Source: Parcubacteria group bacterium (GTDB lineage Bacteria; Patescibacteriota; Minisyncoccia; Phycocordibacterales; Zambryskibacteraceae). From it: a stretch of DNA of 64,000 nt. This document shows, in pieces, positions 28,273-38,634 of this stretch (the first letter of the stretch is position 1; each line of letters begins with the position of its first letter). A program made the position numbers and the translations under genes. A model generated the notes under the pieces. The model saw only the letters and a list, made by a program, of their open reading frames with translations. It had not been told where the DNA came from and searched no databases. The stretch lies in the NCBI GenBank assembly GCA_028286565.1, contig JAQBRH010000004.1, positions 122,168 to 186,167 on the forward strand, read 5' to 3'.

Positions 28273-30441
28273 TTAGGCGGCCTTGGCCCCGGTACGGGTC
28301 TCGATGATGGTTGTGGCCACGTTCACAGGCACGACCGCATAGTGGTCGAACTCCATTGTGCTTGATCCCCGGCCTTCGGTCATCGAACGGAGGTTCGTGA
28401 CGTATCCGAACATTTCCGAAAGTGGGACCATGGCTCGGATGACCTTGAGCTCGTTCCTGTCTTCCATGGCTTCGATCTGGCCACGCTTGCCTGAGAGGTT
28501 GCCGGTGATGTCTCCCATGAACTTCTCCGGGACGACGACCTCGACCTTCATGATCGGCTCAAGGATGACCGGTTTTGCTCTCCTCGCTGCTTCCTGGAAG
28601 GCCTGGCTCGCGGCGATCTTGTAGGCGATCTCCGAGGAGTCGACGTCGTGGTATGAACCGAAGGTCAATTCTGCGGAGATATCGGTCATCTTGTAGCCGG
28701 CGAGAATGCCTCGCTCCATAGCTTCCTTGATGCCCTTCTCGACTGCGGGGATGAATTCCTGAGGGATGACTCCTCCCTTGATCGAATCGATGAATTCGAA
28801 TCCTTCTTCTCGATGAGCGTTCTTAGGCACTTTTTCTTCGGGATCGTACTGGGGAAGAGGCTTGATCTTGATCTTGACGTGTCCATACTGGCCCTTACCT
28901 CCTGTCTGCTTAATGTATTTGTTCTCGACCTCGGCTTCGCCCTGGATGGTTTCTTTGTAGGATACCTGAGGCTTGCCGACGTTCGCTTCGACGCCGAACT
29001 CTCTCTTCATGCGGTCGACGATGATCTCGAGGTGAAGCTCACCCATACCCATGATGACGGTCTCTCCTGTATCCTGGTCGGATTTAATGCGGAAGGTAGG
29101 ATCTTCGTCCGAAAGGCGCTTGAGGGCAAGGCCCATTTTCTCTTGGTCGGCCTTGGTCTTTGGTTCGATACGAAGGGAGATAACAGGCTCTGGGAAGGTG
29201 ATCTGGTCGAGGATGATCGGATTTTCTTCGTCAGAGAAGGTGTGCGAGGTCTTCGCGTCCTTCAGTCCGACGGCGGCGGCGATCTCTCCGGAGAAGACCT
29301 TCTTCACTTCCTCTCGCTGATCGGCCTGAAGGCGTACGATACGGCCGAGGCGCTCTTTCTGTCCGGTAGTTGAGTTGTATATATACGAACCTGATTCGAT
29401 CGTTCCAGAGTACACGCGGAAGAAGGTCAGCTGCCCGACGAATGGATCGGCCTGGAGCTTGAAGGCGAGAGCGGAGAATGGCTCCTCATCGGAGGCGTGG
29501 CGCTGGATCTCAAGTCCGGTGTTAGGGTCGAGGCCGGTGATAGGAGGGATGTCGAGAGGAGACGGGAGGTAGTCGACGACGGCGTCGAGGACGAGCTGAA
29601 CTCCCTTGTTCTTGAGCGCCGATCCGGCCATGACCGGGAAGATCTTGTTATCAATGACCGCTTTTCGAAGAGTATCCTTCAAAGCGGTGATGTCGATCTC
29701 TTTGCCTTCGAGGTAGGCGTTCATGAGGGCTTCGTCGTTTTCGACGATCCTCTCCACGAGTTCCGCTCGATATTTCGCCGCGTCAGCCTTGAGGTTGTCC
29801 GGGATCTCCTTTTCGACCACCGTGATACCCATGTTGCCTTCGAAGTAGTATGCCTTCATTTTCAAAAGGTCGATCACTCCGTCGTGGGCGTCTTCTTCTC
29901 CGATAGGGATCTGGAGGCGGACGGCTTTCTTTGAGAGTCGATCGAGGATCGATCTGTATGAGCGTTCAAATGATGCTCCGGTTCGGTCGAGCTTGTTGAT
30001 GAAGCAGATGCGTGGCACATGAGCTTCTTCCGCGTATCTCCAGTTGGTTTCTGATTGAGGCTCAACTCCGGCCACGCCGTCAAAGACGACGACCGCGCCG
30101 TCGAGCACGCGAAGAGATCGCTTCACTTCCACGGTGAAGTCGATGTGTCCGGGGGTGTCGATGACGTTGAATCTGACCTTTTTCTCTTTCTTCAAGCGAT
30201 CCGCGTCTGAGAAATAGCTAGGCGCCCAAAAGCAGGTGATGGCCGCGGCGGTGATGGTGATGCCTCGCTCGCGCTCCTGTTCCATCCAGTCGGTGGTCGT
30301 TCCTCCGTCGTGCACTTCCCCGATCTTGTGCTGGGCTCCGGTATAGAAAAGCACGCGCTCGGACGTGGTGGTCTTGCCGGCGTCGACGTGGGCTACGATC
30401 CCGAAGTTTCTGACCCTCTCAAGCGGATAATCTCGTTCCAT
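28273..30441 (-). CDS. fusA: elongation factor G
   Basis: AHVDAGKTTT, ERERGITI, DTPGHIDF, GMGELHL, YHDVDSSE. Confidence 0.99.
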   Translation of the reverse strand: MERDYPLERVRNFGIVAHVDAGKTTTSERVLFYTGAQHKIGEVHDGGTTTDWMEQERERGITITAAAITCFWAPSYFSDADRLKKEKKVRFNVIDTPGHIDFTVEVKRSLRVLDGAVVVFDGVAGVEPQSETNWRYAEEAHVPRICFINKLDRTGASFERSYRSILDRLSKKAVRLQIPIGEEDAHDGVIDLLKMKAYYFEGNMGITVVEKEIPDNLKADAAKYRAELVERIVENDEALMNAYLEGKEIDITALKDTLRKAVIDNKIFPVMAGSALKNKGVQLVLDAVVDYLPSPLDIPPITGLDPNTGLEIQRHASDEEPFSALAFKLQADPFVGQLTFFRVYSGTIESGSYIYNSTTGQKERLGRIVRLQADQREEVKKVFSGEIAAAVGLKDAKTSHTFSDEENPIILDQITFPEPVISLRIEPKTKADQEKMGLALKRLSDEDPTFRIKSDQDTGETVIMGMGELHLEIIVDRMKREFGVEANVGKPQVSYKETIQGEAEVENKYIKQTGGKGQYGHVKIKIKPLPQYDPEEKVPKNAHREEGFEFIDSIKGGVIPQEFIPAVEKGIKEAMERGILAGYKMTDISAELTFGSYHDVDSSEIAYKIAASQAFQEAARRAKPVILEPIMKVEVVVPEKFMGDITGNLSGKRGQIEAMEDRNELKVIRAMVPLSEMFGYVTNLRSMTEGRGSSTMEFDHYAVVPVNVATTIIETRTGAKAA

Positions 30442-30588
30442 AAAGTGATAAATTTCGGCTAAAAATAAAAAGCTCCTACGGCTTTGATGGCATTAGAATA
30501 CATGATTTATCCCTTTTGGGCAATAGAAAAAGCCCTATTGAACGCCTGGGCTTTTTCATACCAAAATTCACGCTCAGAATTTCTCGTC

Positions 30589-30849
30589 CTAGCCTGCGAG
30601 ATTTGTACTACGCGACTTTATAATAGCCTTAATCTGACTAATATCTTCCGGAGACAAATTTGCTCTTTGTATATCATGAGCAAGACCCGCTCTTTCCTCT
30701 TCATTATCCGCTAGCTCTCCAAAAAATGAAGGATTCTCTCCTTTATCTGTTTTTTCTGCCGCTTTTGTACGAAAGCGATCTCCAGCAATTGCCATCTCCT
30801 CGGCCTTCAAAGAATTGTCTACCAAATCATCTGATGATTCTATTCCCAT
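30589..30849 (-). CDS. small acidic hypothetical protein
   Basis: 86 aa between rpsG and fusA, with TATACT upstream and a terminator downstream. Confidence 0.6.
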   Translation of the reverse strand: MGIESSDDLVDNSLKAEEMAIAGDRFRTKAAEKTDKGENPSFFGELADNEEERAGLAHDIQRANLSPEDISQIKAIIKSRSTNLAG

Positions 30850-30935
30850 AATCTTTGATTAAATTGTTATATAAACAGTATACCAAACAAAAAACTCCCT
30901 TTCGGGAGCTTTTGTTTGTATCTATATAGTGAGGA

Positions 30936-31406
30936 TTACCAAGCGAAGTGAGCGAAAGCCTTGTTGGCTTCGGCCATCTTGTGGGTATTCTCTCGCTTCT
31001 TCACCGCTTCCCCTTCGTTGTTCGAAGCCGAGATGATCTCTTCGGCGAGCTTTTCATGCATAGGCTTGCCTTTCTTCGATCGGGCGGCGTCGATGATCCA
31101 CTTCATGGAGAGCTGCTGGCGTCGCTCAGGGCGGACTTCTCGAGGGATCTGGTAGTTCGCGCCTCCGACTCGTCGGCTTCGGACTTCCATAGTAGGGCCG
31201 GTATTCTTGAGCGCAAGCTCGAAGAGTTCCAAAGGATCCTTTACCTTGGCCGTTTCTTTGATCTCGTCGAGGGCTCTGTAGACGACCGCTCGGGCGGTGG
31301 TTTTCTTGCCTTCGAGCATCACATAGTTGATGAACTTGGCGACCTTTTCTGATTCATAGACCGAATCAGGAACGATGGCTGGCTTTGTTTTAAGTTTGCG
31401 TCTCAT
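30936..31406 (-). CDS. rpsG: 30S ribosomal protein S7
   Basis: [27 protein letters not shown]. Confidence 0.99.
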   Translation of the reverse strand: MRRKLKTKPAIVPDSVYESEKVAKFINYVMLEGKKTTARAVVYRALDEIKETAKVKDPLELFELALKNTGPTMEVRSRRVGGANYQIPREVRPERRQQLSMKWIIDAARSKKGKPMHEKLAEEIISASNNEGEAVKKRENTHKMAEANKAFAHFAW

Positions 31407-31419
31407 TGAAAATTGTAAA

Positions 31420-31836
31420 TTACTTCCCTGCCTTAGGTCGCTTGGCTCCGTATCGGCTTCGAGACTGGCGTCTCTTGTCTACGCCCTGGGCGTCGAGAAG
31501 CCCTCGAACGATGGTATAGCGGACTCCGAGGTCCTTGACGCGTCCTCCGCGGATAACGACCACCGAGTGCTCCTGGAGGTTGTGGCCCATGCCCGGGATG
31601 TAGGCGGTCACTTCCGAGCCGTTCGAGAGGCGGACACGGGCGATCTTTCGGATAGCCGAGTTAGGCTTCTTTGGGGTCTTGGTGGTCACCTTGGTGCAGA
31701 CGCCTCGCTTGAAAGGAGAGTTAAAGAATACGGGTCGGTTCTTGATGGTATTGAACCCGCGCGTCAAAGCGATCGCCTTGGATTTCTTGGCGGTCTTGGA
31801 TCGCTTTCGTTTGACTAGCTGGTTGATTGTAGACAT
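31420..31836 (-). CDS. rpsL: 30S ribosomal protein S12
   Basis: [35 protein letters not shown]. Confidence 0.99.
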   Translation of the reverse strand: MSTINQLVKRKRSKTAKKSKAIALTRGFNTIKNRPVFFNSPFKRGVCTKVTTKTPKKPNSAIRKIARVRLSNGSEVTAYIPGMGHNLQEHSVVVIRGGRVKDLGVRYTIVRGLLDAQGVDKRRQSRSRYGAKRPKAGK

Positions 31837-31898
31837 AAAAAACCTCCCAAAAGGAGACATACACTGTACTAAATCAATCTTTAAAAGGCAAGCCCCGC

Positions 31899-32519
31899 TT
31901 AGGAAAGCGGCAAACCGGTGATGAGGGTGAAGAGGCCCCCGACGATCGGCGAGACGAACCCCCAGCCGTAGAATATAAAGAGAAGGACCAGGACGAACCC
32001 GTATCTCTCGAAAAAGTGCCTCATCTTGTACATCCTCTCCGGAAAAAGGGCGAACAAGAGCTTGGAGCCGTCCAAGGGAGGCAAGGGCACGAGGTTAAAG
32101 ACTGTGAGGACGAGGTTGACGAGGACGATCATCATGGTGATCTCTGCAAATCCGGCGTTCCCTACCCCGTGAACTAGCGAGAATCTGAGGAAAAGGCCGA
32201 AAACAACGGCCAAGATCAGATTCGAAGCCGGTCCGGCCAGGGCGACGAGAGCTTCCGGCCACCTCCCCGGACGGAGATTGTATGGGTTATACGGCACGGG
32301 TTTGGCCCAGCCGAAGATGAATCCGCCCGTAAAGTAGGCGATGACGGGTACGATAAAGGACCCAACGAGATCGAGGTGCTTTAAGGGATTCAAAGTGAGT
32401 CGGCCTTCGAGCTTGGCCGTCGGGTCCCCGAGGTAATTTGCCATGTATCCGTGCGACACTTCATGAATGACCACGGACATGATAAGGATGGCTATCTGGA
32501 AGATAAAAGCGGTAGTCAT
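31899..32519 (-). CDS. site-2 protease (M50, YwhC-like)
   Basis: [28 protein letters not shown]. Confidence 0.93.
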   Translation of the reverse strand: MTTAFIFQIAILIMSVVIHEVSHGYMANYLGDPTAKLEGRLTLNPLKHLDLVGSFIVPVIAYFTGGFIFGWAKPVPYNPYNLRPGRWPEALVALAGPASNLILAVVFGLFLRFSLVHGVGNAGFAEITMMIVLVNLVLTVFNLVPLPPLDGSKLLFALFPERMYKMRHFFERYGFVLVLLFIFYGWGFVSPIVGGLFTLITGLPLS

Positions 32520-32574
32520 AGATAGGTAGTATATCAGTTGCTTCTTTATGTTTATATGGTAGGATATCCCGACT

Positions 32575-32817
32575 ATGGCAAAGATTTGTCCGGTAACAAA
32601 AAAGGGATCGATGATGGCTGGAGGCTACTCCAACCGGACTCGTGCTACCCAATTCAACCCCACCGGTTCGGTCCGAAAATACACGAACCTTCAGAAAAAG
32701 AGGATCTACGTTCCCGAGCTGAAGAAGACGATCACCCTTACCCTTTCGACCAAGGCTATAAAGACCATCCAAAAGCGCGGAGCGCACTCGGTTCTGAAGA
32801 AAGCGGGCATCATCTAA
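32575..32817 (+). CDS. rpmB: 50S ribosomal protein L28
   Basis: MAKICPVT.K, NLQKKR, L.LSTKAIKTI. Confidence 0.9.
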   Translation: MAKICPVTKKGSMMAGGYSNRTRATQFNPTGSVRKYTNLQKKRIYVPELKKTITLTLSTKAIKTIQKRGAHSVLKKAGII

Positions 32818-32900
32818 TCCGACCTTGGTCGGATTTTGATTCTTTATATAAAGCATGGTATTACAGTTGTAGAGCTGTACCGTCTCTCACTCTAGGAACC

Positions 32901-33041
32901 ATGAGGAATCTTGTCATCGCCGCCGGCGTCTTCGCTCTCGCCATCGGATACGCGGGGCTCACCGACTCCCACAAGCGCGGCCCGCGCGTCACCCACCGCT
33001 TCAAGACCCACCAAGTCCGGAGGAATGCCCTCTTCGTGTAG
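32901..33041 (+). CDS. 46-aa signal-anchor peptide
   Basis: MRNLVIAAGVFALAIGYAGL plus basic tail; AGGA SD; hairpin-T tract downstream. Confidence 0.45.
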   Translation: MRNLVIAAGVFALAIGYAGLTDSHKRGPRVTHRFKTHQVRRNALFV

Positions 33042-33076
33042 CTCTCCGCTCGATCATCTCTGATGTTCGGGCTTTT

Positions 33077-33934
33077 TTATTTTGTTACCAGGACTATCCC
33101 ATCCGTCTCGAATTGAATGGTGCCGAGCTCAGCCGTCGACAGGATCTTTGCGCCGATCTTTTTTAATATATCGAGCGTCTCGGCGTGAGGATGGCCGTAT
33201 GGATTATTCTTGCCTGCGGATATGATCGCGTACTCCGGAGCGACAGCCTCTGCATATGGGAGAGAAGTTGATGTGCGGGATCCATGATGCCCGGCCTTCA
33301 GAACCGTACTCTTCAAAACGGCTGGATCTAATCCAAGCAAAATGTATTCGGCTTTCTTGGTCGAATCGCCGGTGAGGAGAAATGATGTATTCCCGTACAC
33401 GAGTCGAGCGACGATCGAAGCGTCGTTCGTCTCCCAATTCGAAACGTCCTGATCCGGGAAGAGGATCTCGAGACGAACTCCGTCTCCGAAGTTCACGACC
33501 ATCCCTCTTCTCGCCAAGAGATGAGGAATATTTTTCTCATTGATCCTCCTCCGCAGTTCATCGTCGACCTTGTTCGGGGATTCAACGCCGGGTTCGAGGA
33601 AGGCTCCGACGTCGAAGCGCGATACCACGTCGGGCAATCCTCCGATGTGGTCTTTGTCCGGATGCGATTCGATCACCATGTCGATCCGCGTATCTCCAAA
33701 GGGCAATATCTTCCCGAGCTCAGTGAGAACTTTTGCATTCGGACCGCCGTCGAGGAGAATGCGCCCGTGGGTCGGTGAATCGATGAAGATCGAATCGCCC
33801 TGGCCGACGTCGAGAAAATACACATGGAGGAGATCCGATGGCTGCTTCTGCCATACGCAGATCCACACCGCCACCGAAGCCAAGAGAAGCGCCCCGAGCA
33901 ACGCTTCTCTCCAATATCGTTTTAGAAGATCCAT
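33077..33934 (-). CDS. ComEC/Rec2-type MBL-fold hydrolase (standalone)
   Basis: FLDVGQGD, SHPDKDHIGG, N..SIV, LTGD, GHHGS, N.YGHP. Confidence 0.92.
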   Translation of the reverse strand: MDLLKRYWREALLGALLLASVAVWICVWQKQPSDLLHVYFLDVGQGDSIFIDSPTHGRILLDGGPNAKVLTELGKILPFGDTRIDMVIESHPDKDHIGGLPDVVSRFDVGAFLEPGVESPNKVDDELRRRINEKNIPHLLARRGMVVNFGDGVRLEILFPDQDVSNWETNDASIVARLVYGNTSFLLTGDSTKKAEYILLGLDPAVLKSTVLKAGHHGSRTSTSLPYAEAVAPEYAIISAGKNNPYGHPHAETLDILKKIGAKILSTAELGTIQFETDGIVLVTK

Positions 33935-33959
33935 CTATTCATTATAAAAGAAAAAGACC

Positions 33960-34283
33960 CTACCCTGGTGTGGGCGGGTCTTGACGACGATCACCCTGGC
34001 GACGGTCCGTCTGTCGGCGATCGGTGTCTCTACGCCTCTCTTCTTTGAGAAGTTCGTCGACTTTGCTGCCGCGGCTTTGTATTCTTTCTTTAGTATCAGT
34101 TGAGAAGACCAGAAAGGAATGCCCATCTACTCGCACCCTTCTGTATTCTCCCCTCGCTAACCCGCCTACCAGGCTAAGGATCTCTTCCCAAGTCTTCTCG
34201 CAATCGAGTGTACCCTCCAGATCCACCAGAATGTCTGACGGATAACGGTTCTCGAAAGCCCTTCTCTGTTCGGGCGTCAACAT
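33960..34283 (-). CDS. hypothetical protein with (D/E)RR repeats
   Basis: ERRRDTDRRQTDRRQGDRRQ; AGGTG SD. Confidence 0.55.
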   Translation of the reverse strand: MLTPEQRRAFENRYPSDILVDLEGTLDCEKTWEEILSLVGGLARGEYRRVRVDGHSFLVFSTDTKERIQSRGSKVDELLKEERRRDTDRRQTDRRQGDRRQDPPTPG

Positions 34284-34413
34284 GCCGCACCTGCATCGAT
34301 GAGGGTTCTGCGTACCGATTGTCTACCCCTATATGTACCATACTGGCGGGCCTCTGCAAGCAAAAGCTCCGGAAATCGGTGTATAATAAAAGCCTAAAAG
34401 TAGCCCTACAAAT

Positions 34414-35010
34414 ATGAAGATATTCGAAGAAACAAAATTTAATATTCCCGAATTAAAGGGGATCTCGGCCAAGTCGGTTGAAGAACACCTCAAGCTCTAC
34501 TCGGGGTATGTAAAGAATGCGAACACCATCCTCCAAAAGATCGACGAGTATGCGAAGGATTCTGAAGCGAATGCCTATGCCCTTGGAGAACTTCAACGGA
34601 GATTCGGGTTCGAGTTCGACGGCATGCGAAACCACGAGATATATTTCTCTCACTTTGAAGGAGCTCCAACTGCGCTCAGTGCAAGCGGATCCTTATACAA
34701 AAAAATAGAAGAGGAATTCGGATCATTCGACGGATGGCTCGCACGGTTCAAATCTATCGCTCTCACCCGCGGCGTTGGCTGGGCCGTTCTCTATGTTGAT
34801 CCGAAGACCGATCGCCTCTTGAACGCCTGGATCGACGAACAGCACCTCGGCCACCTCACGGGGCTCTCCCCCGTCCTCATGCTCGATGTATGGGAGCATT
34901 CGTTCGTTTTGGATTATCTTCCGAGCGGCAAGAAAAATTATGTTGAGGATTTCTTCGTCAACCTTAATTGGCAGACGGCTGAAGCGAACTTCGCAAACGC
35001 CAAACGATAG
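34414..35010 (+). CDS. sod: Fe/Mn superoxide dismutase family
   Basis: H..LY.GYV, NHE.YF, G.GWA.L, LDVWEHSF..DY. Confidence 0.9.
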   Translation: MKIFEETKFNIPELKGISAKSVEEHLKLYSGYVKNANTILQKIDEYAKDSEANAYALGELQRRFGFEFDGMRNHEIYFSHFEGAPTALSASGSLYKKIEEEFGSFDGWLARFKSIALTRGVGWAVLYVDPKTDRLLNAWIDEQHLGHLTGLSPVLMLDVWEHSFVLDYLPSGKKNYVEDFFVNLNWQTAEANFANAKR

Positions 35011-36466
35011 CTCCGAAAACAAGATAGATGAGTACTGCAAGCCACCACGAGAGGTGGCTTATGCGTATGCTCGCCCACGGGAGAGAGCCGAGAGTATGAG
35101 CGACAAAGAGAATGTATGCGAGAAGTATGTGAGAAACATACGCGAACGGCAGGGCGATATACGGATGAATGAAAGCGAGCAGCGTCGCAAAAAATCCTGC
35201 GAGCATCGTGAACGGCACGAACACCAAGATCAAAATATTCGAAACGAGAGATACGACCGAAACACTCCCCACCGAATATACGAGGTACGGCAGGACGGTG
35301 ATCTGCGTCGCGACGGTCGTGGAAAGGATGGACCGCATCCCCCACCGTTCGGGCACGCGTACAAAATATTTCTTGATGATCGGTTCGACATACACAAGCG
35401 CGAGTACGGCAAGGAATGATAGCTGGAACGAAGGATCGAAGACGAGGATCTTCGGATTCAAGACGAGCATGAGGAACGCCGCCGAGAGAAGCGCCCGGGG
35501 CATCGAATACCCGCGCCCCAGCGTTTTGCCCATAAGCACGATGAGGGCCATGACGGCGGCGCGGACAACCGTGGCCGTCGCTCCGGTCATGAGGGTAAAA
35601 AGAATGATGCCTACCCCGGATATCACGGAGGCCCTGCGGGAACCGAGAAATCCGAGGAGCAACAAGAAAAATTCGGCGATGATGGTGATGTTATACCCGG
35701 AGAGAACGACGATGTGCACCACGCCCGCCCGTTTGAATTCATCAAGGACCGAAGCGGGCAATGCTTGTTTGCCCGAAACAAGAAGGCCGGCAAGGAGCGA
35801 AGACTCGGGTTCCGGCAAAATGCTGTTCATCCTATTTGTGAACGCGGATTTGATGCGAAGGAGAAATGCTTTGAGAAAATTCCCCTGCCCGGATCCGAGA
35901 ACTTCGACCTTGGCGAAACTTTCCGTGTAATAGATATCATCCTTGGATAGGTACGCGGCATAATCGAAGGTGCGCCCCGTGTCACTCTCGATGATCCCCG
36001 GTTTCTTTAATTTCCCCGTCACCCGCGCGCGATCTCCGTACGAGACGCGTGTGAGCAAGGGCGTACTCACGAGGATCTTGTCCGTATCCGTCTTCAGCAC
36101 AAAGCGCATGTCGTTCTCCCTGTTCTCCGGCTCGCTTACCACCACTCCTTCTCTCGTGATGACGGTATCGATGCCCGACTCGAGCAGAGGCTCGGGAGTG
36201 TGAAAATCTTTTATATCGAACCGCACTATTCCGGCTCCGAATGAAAGAAAGAACAGAAAGAGAAGAATATTTCTCCTGTCCGCACCATAGATCGCTCCGC
36301 CGATGAGCATGATGAAACACGCGGCCAGAGGCGAGATAGAGAAGAAAGATGAAACGAGGACGCCGAACATGAAGCCCCATATGAAAAGAAAAACGCCCCT
36401 CTGCGGGTCGTCCTCGAATTTCTTATAAAGCTCTTGGAGAGACTGAAAGCGGTACATAATATTCAT
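34964..36466 (-). CDS. comEC: ComEC competence channel (OB + membrane domain, no MBL domain)
   Basis: FDY..YL, G.VHIVVLSGYN, VRA.VM, SFQLSF; start 36466 or 36457. Confidence 0.92.
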   Translation of the reverse strand: MNIMYRFQSLQELYKKFEDDPQRGVFLFIWGFMFGVLVSSFFSISPLAACFIMLIGGAIYGADRRNILLFLFFLSFGAGIVRFDIKDFHTPEPLLESGIDTVITREGVVVSEPENRENDMRFVLKTDTDKILVSTPLLTRVSYGDRARVTGKLKKPGIIESDTGRTFDYAAYLSKDDIYYTESFAKVEVLGSGQGNFLKAFLLRIKSAFTNRMNSILPEPESSLLAGLLVSGKQALPASVLDEFKRAGVVHIVVLSGYNITIIAEFFLLLLGFLGSRRASVISGVGIILFTLMTGATATVVRAAVMALIVLMGKTLGRGYSMPRALLSAAFLMLVLNPKILVFDPSFQLSFLAVLALVYVEPIIKKYFVRVPERWGMRSILSTTVATQITVLPYLVYSVGSVSVVSLVSNILILVFVPFTMLAGFFATLLAFIHPYIALPFAYVSHILLAYILFVAHTLGSLPWASIRISHLSWWLAVLIYLVFGAIVWRLRSSLQPSAN

Positions 36467-36911
36467 GTCGTAGTCCGTCGAAGAGAAGCGGCTCGTGCCC
36501 GTCCGCGAACTCGGTGGCGATCTCGTCGCACCGCTCGTTCGCATGAACTCCGGAGTGCCCCGGCACGACGACCCATCTGATATCTTTATCCTTTGAGGCG
36601 GCGAGCAGCTCTTGCCAGAGGTCTTGGTTCAAAACGGGCTTCTTGGCTGCGGTTTTCCAATTATTGTTCTGCCAGCCCTTCACCCAGACAGTGATGCCTT
36701 TGACGATATATTCGGAGTCCGTATGAAGTTCGATGTTCCCGTCGGATACCTTGAGCGCTTCGATGACCGCCCGCAGCTCCATTCTGTTATTTGTGGTTTG
36801 AGCCTCTCCGCCCCCAAGCTCTCGCACCCGGTCCGCTTCGGCTACGATCGCTCCCCACCCCCCGGGCCCGGGGTTCCCTCTTGAAGATCCGTCGGTAAAG
36901 ATTGTGATCAT
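36423..36911 (-). CDS. rnhA: ribonuclease HI
   Basis: FTDGS..GNPGPGGW, TNNRMEL, TDS.Y, GHSG..NE.CD. Confidence 0.97.
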   Translation of the reverse strand: MITIFTDGSSRGNPGPGGWGAIVAEADRVRELGGGEAQTTNNRMELRAVIEALKVSDGNIELHTDSEYIVKGITVWVKGWQNNNWKTAAKKPVLNQDLWQELLAASKDKDIRWVVVPGHSGVHANERCDEIATEFADGHEPLLFDGLRHEYYVPLSVSPRAL

Positions 36912-38572
36912 GCTCCTATAATATCAATGATTCGGAGGCGAAGCTCGGGGCGGTTCCTAAAATACGACTTTTCGAGATGGGCAGTGACGGCTACCGAATT
37001 CCCCGGATCGAGAGGCACGCCGATCGAGTCGAGAGTGGTGAAGAAAGAGATGGCCTTCACATCCCTCCCGCCCGGAGAGCGGAGAATAACTTCGAGATGG
37101 TCGCCGGTCTTTCCAAAATTCTTGGCGCTCTTTACTTCGGCATCAATATGAAAAATAGGCTTCGGGTTTCCCGTGCCGAACGGAGAAAGCTTGTCGATAG
37201 TGTCCCACAATCTTTCTCCGATGTGAGCGAGGTTAAGGGCGATGCCCTTCGTTTCTTTTTTGGATTCCCCTTCTTCCAATAGTTCGATCGCTTTCGAGAG
37301 TTCTTTTTCGAGGCGAGAGACATTTTCAAGCGTGAGGGAGAATCCCCCCGCCCCCGCGTGCCCGCCGTATTCTATAAAACATTCCGCCGCGCCGGACATC
37401 AGATCATGCAGATGATATCCGTTGTAGGAACGGCACGAGCCCTTGAGCACGCCGTCGCCGTCCCTTCCCCAGACGAACACGGGGCGGGAATATTCTTCGA
37501 CGAGAGTGTTCGCCACAAGGCCGAGGAGTGACGGTCTCCACTCCGGATTACCTATGACGATCACTTTGGGCAGATCTTGGCGCGTGGCCAAATGAGCCTT
37601 GGCTTCCTTCACGAGCCCTGCGACCACGCCTTTTCGTTCGTTGTTTATCTTTTCCAAATGGAGCGCGAGCTTTTCGGCTTCGAGCGGACTCCGGGTCGAG
37701 AGAAGCCTGAAGGCGTCTTCGGGCTTGCCCATCCTCGAGGCTGCATTGATCCTCGGGGTGATCATAAAGGCGATGTCGTCTTCGGAAATATGCGCCTGAT
37801 CCATATTCAGCTTCTTGAAAAGCGAGGCGAGGCCCGGGCGCGGGGACTTTTTTAAAACATCGAGGCCGTACTTTGCAAAGATCCTATTCTCCCCGACAAG
37901 CGGGACCATGTCCGAGAGCGTGGCGATGCCCACCATGTCGAGGGACCATTTTTCCATCCCTTCTTTGATGCCGAATCGCTCTTTCATGAGGACCGCCTGG
38001 ATAAGCTTAAAGCCGACGGCCGCGCCGCACAGCTCCGGGAAGGGATACGTTGAATCTTTTCTTTTATGATCGACGATCGCAAACGCTTTCGGCAACAGTT
38101 CCCGTCCATCCGCCTGCACAGGCAAGTGATGGTCCGTGATGATCACCTCTATGCCCTTTTCATTCGCATACTCGACCTCGTGCAGATCGGCTATGCCGCA
38201 GTCGATGGTGATAAGGAGCGTCGCTCCTTTCTCCGCCGCGGCGTCTATGGCGTCGCAGTTGAGGCCGAAGCCTTCGTCGTGCCGGTGAGGAATATAAAAC
38301 GACACCTTGTCATAGTCCGCTCTATGAAAAAAATCCGAGAAGACAACCGCTCCGGGAATGCCGTCCGCATCATAGTCCGAGAAGACCATGATGTGCTCTT
38401 TGTCCCGCATGGCCCGTATCACACGATCCCGGGCTTTCTCCATATCCGGCAAAAGCAGCGGATCATGAAGTTTTTTGTAGTCAGGATGCAAAAAATCCTC
38501 TACTTCGGAGGACGGAAGACCTCGTTCAAGGAGCAGTGTTTCAAGGATCGAATCGAGCTCGGAAGGCGACAT
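36908..38572 (-). CDS. recJ: ssDNA exonuclease RecJ
   Basis: DYDADG, T.DCG, DHH, D.VPL..EN, PRINA, GGH..A.G. Confidence 0.95.
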   Translation of the reverse strand: MSPSELDSILETLLLERGLPSSEVEDFLHPDYKKLHDPLLLPDMEKARDRVIRAMRDKEHIMVFSDYDADGIPGAVVFSDFFHRADYDKVSFYIPHRHDEGFGLNCDAIDAAAEKGATLLITIDCGIADLHEVEYANEKGIEVIITDHHLPVQADGRELLPKAFAIVDHKRKDSTYPFPELCGAAVGFKLIQAVLMKERFGIKEGMEKWSLDMVGIATLSDMVPLVGENRIFAKYGLDVLKKSPRPGLASLFKKLNMDQAHISEDDIAFMITPRINAASRMGKPEDAFRLLSTRSPLEAEKLALHLEKINNERKGVVAGLVKEAKAHLATRQDLPKVIVIGNPEWRPSLLGLVANTLVEEYSRPVFVWGRDGDGVLKGSCRSYNGYHLHDLMSGAAECFIEYGGHAGAGGFSLTLENVSRLEKELSKAIELLEEGESKKETKGIALNLAHIGERLWDTIDKLSPFGTGNPKPIFHIDAEVKSAKNFGKTGDHLEVILRSPGGRDVKAISFFTTLDSIGVPLDPGNSVAVTAHLEKSYFRNRPELRLRIIDIIGA

Positions 38573-38634
38573 CCGGCTATTCTACCACGCGGGTCTCCCA
38601 TGCGAGATTGACGCTCTTGTATTATGATGAACCC

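Noticed and set aside
31837-31860. GGGAGG upstream of rpsL as a counter-example to SD-less core genes
   Set aside because: It is a real exception (pgk also has GGAAGG), but it lies inside a CTCC..GGAG hairpin and does not overturn the overall pattern.
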